DNA from: an uncultured Nannocystaceae bacterium
Lineage (GTDB): Bacteria; Myxococcota_A; Polyangia; Nannocystales; Nannocystaceae
Length of the DNA: 64,000 nucleotides
Direction: 5' to 3'
Assembly (NCBI GenBank): GCA_964432695.1
Contig: CAYSPB010000001.1
Location: 30,138-94,137, forward strand
Position numbers and translations under genes: made by a program. Below, piece after piece: positions 1 to 7,807 of the stretch. Below the pieces are notes generated by a model, which saw only the letters and a program-made list of their open reading frames with translations, was not told the DNA's origin and made no database searches. How positions within the stretch are numbered: position 1 is the first letter of the stretch; each line of letters starts with the position of its first letter.

Positions 1-242
1 TTACGGCCAGGGCTGCAACGAGTCGTGAACGCGGAGCGAAGCGAGGGTGGCGAGCGCAGTACATCGTTCAAAACGATGTGTAGTTCGGGTCTTCCCCGGG
101 ATCCAATGATTGTCGGTCCCGATGCCGGCCAGTCGGTCGAATTATTGTAGGTGCAACAGGACGACGTGCGCCCCGAACGCAAGAACGCCAGCACCCGAAT
201 GGATGCTGGCGTCGTGAAGGGCTCCTGCGCAGAAAAGAGGGC

Positions 243-578
243 TCAGGCCGCCTTCGCGAGTGCGTCTTCAACCGAGTCGAAGATCGTGAAGACCTGGTCC
301 AGGCGCGTCAGCTCGAAGATTTTCTTCACCGCTGGACGCAAGCCAGCGAGCGTGACGTCGCCTTTTCCGACGCGAACCTGCTTGAACGTGCCGACCAGGA
401 CCCCCAGGCCCGAGCTGTCGACAAAGTCGACACCTTCGAGGTTGAAGAGGAAGTCGTTGTGGCCTTTCTCCAGAAGACCCGAGAGCTCTTTCTTGAGTGC
501 ACCCGAGCTGAACAGGTCGATGGAGCCCTGGACGGTAACGAGGACGTTGGTTTCTTTGATGTCGACTTCGACGCGCAT
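243..578 (-). CDS. STAS-domain anti-sigma-factor antagonist (SpoIIAA/RsbV/SypA-like)
   Basis: 111-aa ORF with the typical STAS layout and the phosphorylatable-serine motif VDFVDSSGLGVLVG. It is the last gene of the minus-strand operon, 12 nt after the preceding gene. Confidence 0.85.
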   Translation of the reverse strand: MRVEVDIKETNVLVTVQGSIDLFSSGALKKELSGLLEKGHNDFLFNLEGVDFVDSSGLGVLVGTFKQVRVGKGDVTLAGLRPAVKKIFELTRLDQVFTIFDSVEDALAKAA

Positions 579-590
579 TGTGGTGTTCCT

Positions 591-1418
591 TTACGGGTTG
601 GAGCCTCGGGTCATCGCAACGGCTGCGTCGACCAGGGGATAGAGTGACTCTGCGTGTTTGATGTGTTCGACGCTTTCCGCGAATTGCAAGTGGTGGCGGT
701 CGTTGACGCCCAGCGTCTCCAGAATGTCGTTTGTTTTGACCACCTCGACGGTTCCGCCCATGCTGCGGAGAATCTCGGGAACGTCGGTGAGGTAGTACTC
801 GCCCTGCGCGTTGTCGCAGTCGAGCAGTTCGAGGGCCGGGAGCAGCGTGTCGACGCGGAAGCAGTACATGCCCACGTTGATCTCCCGAATCTTCTTCTGC
901 TCGGCGGTGCAGTCCTGCTCTTCGATGACGCGCACGAACTTGCTCTCGTCATCTCGGATGATGCGGCCGGCCGCGGGCGGTGAGTCGAGCTCGATCGTGA
1001 GCAGCGAAGCATCGGCACCTCGCTCGAGCACCGCGGCTCCAAGGTTTCGGACCGACTCGGGGCTCATCATCGGCGCGTCTCCGTAGGCGACGATCACGGC
1101 ACCGCCCATCTCGGCCAGCGTGTCTTTGGCGACCATGACCGCGTGACCGGTTCCGCGCTGCTCGGTCTGGGTGACGTAGCGAAAACCGTCTCCGAGCTCG
1201 GCTTGAACCAGGTCGGCGCGGTAGCCTACGACGCAGCAGACTTCGTCGACGCCGCCATTGCGCAGCGCATCGATGGCGCGCCAGACCATGGGGCGGTCGT
1301 TGACGGGGTGGAGAACCTTCGGCAGGTCCGACTTCATGCGGGACCCTTTGCCGGCTGCCAATACGAGACCTGAAAGCTTCATCGTGTCCGTCGCTCCGAT
1401 ACGGTGTTCATCGGTCAT
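591..1418 (-). CDS. Sugar-1-phosphate nucleotidyltransferase, i.e. the GlmU N-terminal (UDP-GlcNAc pyrophosphorylase) domain only, with no LbH acetyltransferase domain
   Basis: Carries the signature LAAGKGSRMKSDLPKVLHPV, then GTGHAV and YGDAPM motifs. It is only about 275 aa, whereas full GlmU is about 450 aa. The ATG at 1418-1416 overlaps the upstream TGA (1417-1415) as ATGA. The rest of the 531-aa ORF upstream is Arg-rich shadow. An alternative start is the MKLSG ATG at 1382. Confidence 0.8.
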   Translation of the reverse strand: MTDEHRIGATDTMKLSGLVLAAGKGSRMKSDLPKVLHPVNDRPMVWRAIDALRNGGVDEVCCVVGYRADLVQAELGDGFRYVTQTEQRGTGHAVMVAKDTLAEMGGAVIVAYGDAPMMSPESVRNLGAAVLERGADASLLTIELDSPPAAGRIIRDDESKFVRVIEEQDCTAEQKKIREINVGMYCFRVDTLLPALELLDCDNAQGEYYLTDVPEILRSMGGTVEVVKTNDILETLGVNDRHHLQFAESVEHIKHAESLYPLVDAAVAMTRGSNP

Positions 1419-2803
1419 CCGTGGGCCAGCTTGAGCGCCCCGCGCTGGGTGGCCTGAAGCAGCATTTCGCCGACCGCGGCCCAGCTGTAGGGCTGTGCAA
1501 AGGCGCGGAGCGATCCACCCGCGGGACGAGCTTGGGCCGTTTCGAGTGCGGACACGACAGTCTGGGCCAGCTGGGTCACGACGCTGGCCGGGTGTGGGTC
1601 GACCAGCAGCGATCCGAGGGTTGCGTCGTGTTCCTGCACCTGGCGAAGCAGCCAACCCAGGCCCGAGGAGTCCGTGCCCACCGGGATGGCCGCGCAAGAC
1701 ACCGCCTCGAGGATCGAGAGCGGAAACGCCTCGGGCACGAGCGCTGGAAGTACGGCGACGTGGGCGGGGCCCAGGTGCTCGGCGCATCCGACTCGATCCA
1801 GGACACCGACGAAGCTGATCGAGCCGGCGGCCATTCGCGCGCGCTCGGCGTAGTCTCGAGGGGCACCGTTGATGAAGTGCTCCACCGGGTGGATCAAGGC
1901 ATGTCGTCCGGAGTCGACGCCCAGCGTTCTCAGCGGGTCGAGGAAGTCGCTCAGGCTGCCGCGGGTGAGGGCGTCGGCGGCGGCCTGAAGTGCTTCGCCG
2001 TCCTTGCCGCCGCCCGCGAGCCGCAGCTTCGCGTTGGGCACGCTGCGCCGGATCATCGGCCAGGCCGCCAGCAGCGCGTGGATGCCCTTGTCGAGGGTGA
2101 GGCGCCCGGCGTAGGCCACGGTGGGCTCGGCCGCCTTGGTCTGGGGAGAGAATAGCGAGAGGTCGACGCCGGGCGAGACTTCGCACAGCCGCGACTCGTG
2201 CTTGGGGAACAGCTCGACGATGCGCTCGCGAACGGCGTCGTTCAACGCGACCACGGCCGCGGCCGAGTACAGCGCCGCATCGACGCGGGCGGCCAAGGCC
2301 GGGATTCTACGAACGCCGTAGTGCAGTCCGGTGCCGTGGGAGATCACGGCCCAGGCGGTCCCCACCTGCCGCGCGAGGCGGTCCGCGACCTGACACAGCA
2401 GCGCGGTGTGGTTGACCAGGACCACGTCGACGTCGCGCAGCCGCACGATGTCGCGGGAGATCGAGGTCATTCGCGTCACGTAGTCATCCATCTCCTGGGC
2501 GGACCAATCCGCGATGACTCGGCCTCGGGAGAGTTCGGCTCGCGGATACATCACGGGAATCTCGCGGTCGGAGACCGCGTGGATCGTGAGTCGTCCGCCC
2601 GTTGAGCGGAGGTACGCGGTGCTGTTGGTGCCGTGGTTGTGGTGGATGATCGACGCGTTCGGATGCGAGGCGCGAAGGTCCTCGTCGTGGCAAAGCACGT
2701 CGACCGTGTGTCCGTTGCGGGCCAGGGCCTCGGCGAGGTCGCGCGTGTAGATCGCGCTGCCGGAACCGGTGAGGCCGTAGCCGTGAAGGATGAGAACGTT
2801 CAT
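1415..2803 (-). CDS. GT4-family (GT-B, retaining) glycosyltransferase
   Basis: Real start is MNVLILHGYG (ATG 2803-2801), which overlaps the upstream stop as ATGA. Has an EX7E motif (PEAFPLSILEAVSCAAIPVGTD) and an N-terminal glycine-rich GSGSAIY motif. Confidence 0.85.
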   Translation of the reverse strand: MNVLILHGYGLTGSGSAIYTRDLAEALARNGHTVDVLCHDEDLRASHPNASIIHHNHGTNSTAYLRSTGGRLTIHAVSDREIPVMYPRAELSRGRVIADWSAQEMDDYVTRMTSISRDIVRLRDVDVVLVNHTALLCQVADRLARQVGTAWAVISHGTGLHYGVRRIPALAARVDAALYSAAAVVALNDAVRERIVELFPKHESRLCEVSPGVDLSLFSPQTKAAEPTVAYAGRLTLDKGIHALLAAWPMIRRSVPNAKLRLAGGGKDGEALQAAADALTRGSLSDFLDPLRTLGVDSGRHALIHPVEHFINGAPRDYAERARMAAGSISFVGVLDRVGCAEHLGPAHVAVLPALVPEAFPLSILEAVSCAAIPVGTDSSGLGWLLRQVQEHDATLGSLLVDPHPASVVTQLAQTVVSALETAQARPAGGSLRAFAQPYSWAAVGEMLLQATQRGALKLAHG

Positions 2804-4086
2804 GAGGCGGCTCGTGAAGGCGTGGTGGGAAAGGCGTGGAGCAGGGAGAACTCGGTGCGCATGCGGGTCACGTCGAAGTGCCGCTGCACGCGAGTTCGGG
2901 CGGCGCGGCCCCAAACCGCGCGCTGCTGAGGGTTCGTGGCCAGCGTTCGCAGGGCCTCGAGAAGCGCATTGGGATTCCGGCTCACCACGCCACCGGGCGC
3001 GCCGAGGGCCGGATCGGACACCATGCGGCGGACGTCCCCGACGTCGGTCGCAAGGACGGGGATGCCCCGCGCCATGGCTTCGAGCACCGCCAAGGGCTGG
3101 GCCTCCAGATCGCTGGTGAGCACCAGGACCGATGCGTTTGCCAGCGCGTCGGGCATGGCACGTGGCCCCCGCCAGGTCACGGTCGGACTGCGATCGAGCC
3201 GGGCGCGCAGCCGCGCCTCTTCGCACGGCGGGCAGTCGAATGGACCGACTAGCTCACCGCGGATCGTCACATCGCTCGATGCCGCGTCGACGAGGTCCAC
3301 GAAGATGTCGGGACGCTTGATGGGGTTGAGTCGGCCGAGGAAGACGGCGGTGAACCGCTCGGGCGGTGGCGTGGTGCTCGACGGTACTTCCACCCCGTTG
3401 GCGATCACGCGGGCGCGTGCCGGGTCGAGGCCGCGCGCGACCTGGTCGGCCATGCGCTCGGGATACAGCGCCGTGACCATGTCGGCGCCCCGGTAGAGGT
3501 CGTGGCGAATCTGCTCGAAGGTGCCGAGCACGCCTTCGGCCTCGTCCCGCCGGACCATGCGGCCGGACTCGAGAAATGGGCTGCCTGCGCGAAGTTCCTC
3601 CACGTACGAGGCGTGCTCCGACACGATGAGGGGGCAGCCGCGGCGTTGGGCGGCGAGCCCAATCGCGGAAGCCAGGCCCGCACCGATCGCATGCACGACG
3701 CCGCCGGCGGGGATGCGCGCGGCAACGATGCGTGACCAGTCACGGACGCTCTCTTGGCTGAAGTCCGAGGGCTCGTCGACGCCCTCGAGAGACTCTACGG
3801 ACGAGGGGAGCGTGTAGGCCCATGTGTCTTCTGGTGGCAGGGCACCGATTCGAAGCACGCGGGCCGGCATCGAGCCTTGGAGGAGTAGGTCCATCCAGGT
3901 GGAGATGCCGCCCAGGGTCACCGGGTAGGTGCCCTCGAGGACGATCGTGGGTGTGGGTCGAACGAAGCTCACCGGCCACGATCCCTGTAGCGTCGGCTTT
4001 GGAGGCGACCACGGATCGCTGCGATCGAAAACGGGACGCCCCCGCGAGGTCAGGGACCAGGCGGGGGCGGATCGGTGCGTTTCCAT
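2800..4086 (-). CDS. GT4-family glycosyltransferase with a PelF-like N-terminal motif
   Basis: N-terminus has LEGTYPVTLGGISTWMDLL, matching the EGTYP..GG.S.W motif of PelF/DUF3492-type GT4 enzymes (family recalled from memory). Has an EX7E motif (DLEAQPLAVLEAMARGIPVLATDVGD). Start is uncertain: ATG at 4086, or an in-frame GTG at 3972 that would remove an odd R/P/W-rich leader. Confidence 0.8.
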   Translation of the reverse strand: METHRSAPAWSLTSRGRPVFDRSDPWSPPKPTLQGSWPVSFVRPTPTIVLEGTYPVTLGGISTWMDLLLQGSMPARVLRIGALPPEDTWAYTLPSSVESLEGVDEPSDFSQESVRDWSRIVAARIPAGGVVHAIGAGLASAIGLAAQRRGCPLIVSEHASYVEELRAGSPFLESGRMVRRDEAEGVLGTFEQIRHDLYRGADMVTALYPERMADQVARGLDPARARVIANGVEVPSSTTPPPERFTAVFLGRLNPIKRPDIFVDLVDAASSDVTIRGELVGPFDCPPCEEARLRARLDRSPTVTWRGPRAMPDALANASVLVLTSDLEAQPLAVLEAMARGIPVLATDVGDVRRMVSDPALGAPGGVVSRNPNALLEALRTLATNPQQRAVWGRAARTRVQRHFDVTRMRTEFSLLHAFPTTPSRAAS

Positions 4087-4119
4087 CGCGGGCCGCGATG
4101 GGCCAGCACTGAACGAATC

Positions 4120-5301
4120 TCATATCGCGACCGCGAGCAGCGAGAGGTCGTCGGGCGACTCGCGATCCTGCAGCAGCGTGCGTACCGTCAGGTCCACGAC
4201 GTTCTGCAGAGGTTCATCGAGATGGCTCGCAATGAGGTCCGCGAGCCGTGCTTCGCCGAACATCTCTCCATCGACCTCGAGCTCGGTGAGCCCATCGGTG
4301 AAGATGAACAAGCGGTCGCCCGGCTGAAGTGTGGTTTCGCCGTCCTCGAATGGCAGGCCGAGGCCCATGCCCACTGGAGGACCGCCACCGCCTGCAAGGC
4401 GGTCGAGGCTGCCGTCGGCGCGGAACAGCATCGGGGGTGGGTGTCCTCCACAGCAGTACCGCAGCACCCCGGTGCTCCGATCGAGGATGCAGTAGGCGAC
4501 GGTGAGATACGAATCCAGGCCGCGGCTCGAAATCTCATGATCGAGCATCGTGCAGACCTCGGCGGGCCCAGCGATGTCGAATATGTCGCCGACAGAGCGA
4601 CCTTCGAGCAGGGCCGATGCGATCGAGTAGGCCGGCGACAGCGACGTTGCGGCCCACGTCGCGACCAGTGACGCTGCGACCCCGTGTCCGCACACGTCGG
4701 CGACGAAGAAGGCGATCCTGTCGTCGTCGATACGCTGGACGTTGAGAAAGTCGCCTGCGAGTCCCTCGCAGGGTTGATAGGCATACGCTGCAGAAACGCG
4801 CGGAAGCTCGACGGGGTTGGGTGGCAGCAGACCCGCCTGAATCCGGCTCGCACACTCGATCTCTGCTCGCATGCGAGCGTTGGCGGTGAGAAGCTCGCGT
4901 TCGGCTTGCCGAAGACGCGCCAGTCGGCTCACGCGCGTACGGATCTCGGGGATGCGCAGGGGCTTGGGAATGTAGTCGTCGGCACCGCGGCGCAGGCCCG
5001 CTTGAATGTCCTGCGTCGAGCCGAGGGCGCTCGCGAGCAGAATGCGGGGGGCATCGGACCCGATGTTGTCTACGATGTGCGACACCAGGTCGAGTCCGCT
5101 GATGCCCGGCATCATGATGTCGAGCACCGCAACGTCGAACTCGGCGGCTCGTTCGTCGAGGATGGCCTTGGCTTCTTTGCCGTCTTTTGCGACTTCGACG
5201 TCGTAGCCGACCGAGGCCAGCGCCCGGGTGAGGATTTGACGAATGGTCGCCTCATCGTCGGCGATGAGCAGGCGACCGGCAGGCTTGGGGTCGTTGGGCA
5301 T
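4120..5301 (-). CDS. Response-regulator receiver fused to a PP2C/SpoIIE-type serine phosphatase (RsbU-like)
   Basis: N-terminal REC domain (LLIADDE..., VAVLDIMMPGISG, IPKP). C-terminal PP2C motifs are FFVADVCGHGVAASL, LFIFTDGLTE and DDLSLLAVAI. Confidence 0.9.
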   Translation of the reverse strand: MPNDPKPAGRLLIADDEATIRQILTRALASVGYDVEVAKDGKEAKAILDERAAEFDVAVLDIMMPGISGLDLVSHIVDNIGSDAPRILLASALGSTQDIQAGLRRGADDYIPKPLRIPEIRTRVSRLARLRQAERELLTANARMRAEIECASRIQAGLLPPNPVELPRVSAAYAYQPCEGLAGDFLNVQRIDDDRIAFFVADVCGHGVAASLVATWAATSLSPAYSIASALLEGRSVGDIFDIAGPAEVCTMLDHEISSRGLDSYLTVAYCILDRSTGVLRYCCGGHPPPMLFRADGSLDRLAGGGGPPVGMGLGLPFEDGETTLQPGDRLFIFTDGLTELEVDGEMFGEARLADLIASHLDEPLQNVVDLTVRTLLQDRESPDDLSLLAVAI

Positions 5302-5308
5302 GGCGCAC

Positions 5309-5758
5309 CTACGGAAGCGCCTTCTCGAGGATGACCACTTTTCCCAGCGGCTCGATGGTCTCGCGGTAGGAGATCGAGTCGGTCAAACTCTGCATCAAGA
5401 ACAACCCGCGCCCGGACTCCCCGTCCAGATCCGGGACGACGTTCTCGTCGGCCTGGCCGAACGCCTTGTCCGGGTTGGTGTCGTAGACGTAGATCCGCAC
5501 CATCGACTCGGCGCTCTCGAAGACGACCCGCGCGTCCCGTCCGTCCTGGTCGTGGGCGTGCCGAATGACGTTGGAAACGCATTCGGTCAGCGCGAGCATG
5601 AGCCCGAAGCCGACCTCGCCCTCCGCGTCGATGTCGAGCTGTTCCAAGAAGGCGCGGAACTTGTCCCGCACCATTGGGATCGATGCGTATTCGCTGGGGT
5701 ATTCGATCTCTACGCGAATCGCATCATATTCGGGGTCGACCGCACAGTTTGCTGCCAT
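5309..5758 (-). CDS. RsbW/SpoIIAB-like serine protein kinase (anti-sigma-type HATPase)
   Basis: 149 aa. Has an N-box-like ALTECVSNVIRHA and a G-box GESGRGLFLMQSLTD. Lies 7 nt upstream of the REC-PP2C gene. Confidence 0.8.
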   Translation of the reverse strand: MAANCAVDPEYDAIRVEIEYPSEYASIPMVRDKFRAFLEQLDIDAEGEVGFGLMLALTECVSNVIRHAHDQDGRDARVVFESAESMVRIYVYDTNPDKAFGQADENVVPDLDGESGRGLFLMQSLTDSISYRETIEPLGKVVILEKALP

Positions 5759-5818
5759 GAACGTTCCTTCGTGTCTCCTGGTTCTTCGGCCATCAGGACG
5801 CGGCGAACCAGGCTCAGA

Positions 5819-7807
5819 TCAGGCCGCTTCGCCATCTGTTTCGGGCTGCGGCAGGCTCCGCGACCGGCGGCGGATGTACCAAATGCCAGCGAGCACGAGC
5901 GACAGCACCCCGCCGAAGAACACGGGAAGGGGGACGGAACGCCATGCGGCCTGCGTTCTAGCGATCATGCGATCGAGCTCGGGCGTCGAACCGCTTGCGG
6001 AGGCGGCTTCGAGCCTGCCCTTCGCGTCGAACGCGAGCGAGAACCCCGGCGTTCCGAACACGGACACGAGGGCGCGGTGCGCAGCATCCCAATCGTCGGT
6101 GAGGACGACGAGCCCCGCCGCTCGCTCCTTGCTGAAGCGCCTCAGCCAAATGGCACCGACCGGTTCGAACGAGTCGGTCGGGGTGGGGACTTCGAGGGTG
6201 TCGTCGAGCCGCGCTGCGACCTGGGACCAGGCGACGCCGTCCTCCACCACGCCGAACATCATGAGGTGGCCTTCGGTGGGGGCGGGGTCGCTCGCGCTTG
6301 AAAGCTCGAACCGCGGCGCAGTCAGAGAGTCCGTACCGATGCGCATCGCCACGCTCGCCGCAAATCCGAGCGCGCCGTGGGGGCGGTCGTCGGCCAGCAC
6401 CACGTTCGTGGGGTGCTTGAGTCCCGAGCCGTTGAGGGGCGCCGGAAACGACTCGAGGTCGAGCACGGTGGGCTCGATCGGGGCGAGGTGCCAGCGGGAG
6501 CGCGGCTTGATCGTGATGAAGTCGGTTTCGCGCTCGGTGCATTCCTCATCGTCGTTGGAGCCGCCGCCGCCCTCGCTTTCGAACTTGAGCACGAAGTGAC
6601 GCAGAGGCCGGTTGGCGCCGTCTCGGTTGCCGGCTCGACCTCCAGGGAGCTCGAACACCGTCTCGTGAACACCTGGCTCCAGGCGAACGCGACCGAGCAC
6701 TTCGTCGCCGAGCGAGACCACCAGGACAGACCCTTCTGCGACGCCGGTCGGAACCGAGTAGGCGAGCGTGAGCGTGCTGTCCTCGTCGATGAGAATCGCG
6801 GGCGGTCGGTCGAAGTAGAACGTCTTCGGTACGCCCTTGACCAACGGGAAGAGGACATCCTGCAGGCCGAGGTCGGAGAAATGGACCGTCGTTGCAAGCC
6901 ACGGCGAGTTGCTTTCGGGCGGTGGCTCGCTGGCAAAGCGGCGCTGCGTCCCGACGCCGAGCTGGCTGCGACTGAAGATCCATCGCGCGACCAGGGCGGC
7001 AGCATCCGCGGAGTCGGCCTCGACGGTGAAGACCGACCAGGCGTCGTTCTCGGGGTGTGCCCGGACTGACAGCGAGGGGTTCGGGTCGGCGCTGGTGAGG
7101 TCGATGTCGACGAGGTGGCCCTTCGGCAGCGGAGCATCGGGGTCGAGCGGCTCGATGCGTACCGGGTTGGTGCCCGCATGCTTGCCGAGCGCGCCTGCGA
7201 GCTCCAAGAGCGCTCGCCTGTGCTCGTCGTCGGCGACGGCCATGCGCATGGCGACGCGCCGCAAGTCGCGTGCGCGCTGGGTGATGAGCGGGTAGGGGAA
7301 CTCGCCCAAGTTGTGCGCGGGCGGGCGCATGCTGTACTTCACCCGAATCGAAGAGTCTTCGTGCAACACCACGGTGCGCTCGTCGGGTTCGCAGTCCTCC
7401 TCGTGGGCCACGAACGCGACCTGGATGTGCAGGCCTTGCGGTGTAGGGGACTCGGGCGGAATTTCGACCATCAGCCGTCGAAACCGAGCATCTTCGCTTG
7501 GAAGCGCTTCGCGGTGTCGCTCCTTGCCATTGACCGTCACGACGAGTGCACCGGCGGTCTTGTTCGTGGCCTGCGCCAGCTTCGGCACGCTGTAGATCAC
7601 TTCTACCGACGAGCCGCGCTGCATCTCCCAGTCGCTCGGCAGCTCGTACCAGGCTTCGAACAGCGGCTCGTCGGCGGTCAGCATTGCCGCCGGGTACCCC
7701 AGGTCGCGGAAGATGCCGACGTCCTCGTACACGTCGCCTTCGGCGTGGGCCAGCCCGGCGCCAAAGAGCACCCAGACCCCCAGCATCCACGCGATGAGGC
7801 GGGTCAC
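5819..7807 (-). CDS. BcsB-like periplasmic polysaccharide-synthase accessory subunit (signal peptide, duplicated domain, C-terminal TM anchor)
   Basis: A GTG at 7807-7805 overlaps the upstream TGA as GTGA and gives the signal peptide VTRLIAWMLGVWVLFGAGLAHAEG. Two internal repeats share the pattern DLG ... YS.P ... V..NG/LG: FRDLGYP..VIYSVPKL..LVVTVNGKE and FSDLGLQ..LAYSVPTG..LVVSLGDEV. This is the pattern I associate with the two halves of BcsB. A single C-terminal TM (VPLPVFFGGVLSLVLAGIWYI) is followed by a basic tail. Family assignment is from memory only. Confidence 0.55.
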   Translation of the reverse strand: MTRLIAWMLGVWVLFGAGLAHAEGDVYEDVGIFRDLGYPAAMLTADEPLFEAWYELPSDWEMQRGSSVEVIYSVPKLAQATNKTAGALVVTVNGKERHREALPSEDARFRRLMVEIPPESPTPQGLHIQVAFVAHEEDCEPDERTVVLHEDSSIRVKYSMRPPAHNLGEFPYPLITQRARDLRRVAMRMAVADDEHRRALLELAGALGKHAGTNPVRIEPLDPDAPLPKGHLVDIDLTSADPNPSLSVRAHPENDAWSVFTVEADSADAAALVARWIFSRSQLGVGTQRRFASEPPPESNSPWLATTVHFSDLGLQDVLFPLVKGVPKTFYFDRPPAILIDEDSTLTLAYSVPTGVAEGSVLVVSLGDEVLGRVRLEPGVHETVFELPGGRAGNRDGANRPLRHFVLKFESEGGGGSNDDEECTERETDFITIKPRSRWHLAPIEPTVLDLESFPAPLNGSGLKHPTNVVLADDRPHGALGFAASVAMRIGTDSLTAPRFELSSASDPAPTEGHLMMFGVVEDGVAWSQVAARLDDTLEVPTPTDSFEPVGAIWLRRFSKERAAGLVVLTDDWDAAHRALVSVFGTPGFSLAFDAKGRLEAASASGSTPELDRMIARTQAAWRSVPLPVFFGGVLSLVLAGIWYIRRRSRSLPQPETDGEAA

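Noticed and set aside
1-242. ORFs at 68-271(-) and 151-642(+), and an 8-bp hairpin acatcgtt/aacgatgt (61-79). A 7-bp hairpin gccagca/tgctggc (187-210) lies downstream of the STAS gene.
   Set aside because: The ORFs are Arg/Ser-rich with no motifs. The 187-210 hairpin could be the operon terminator on the minus strand, but it is followed only by a weak gttcttgcgttc tract. Evidence is too thin to call a feature.
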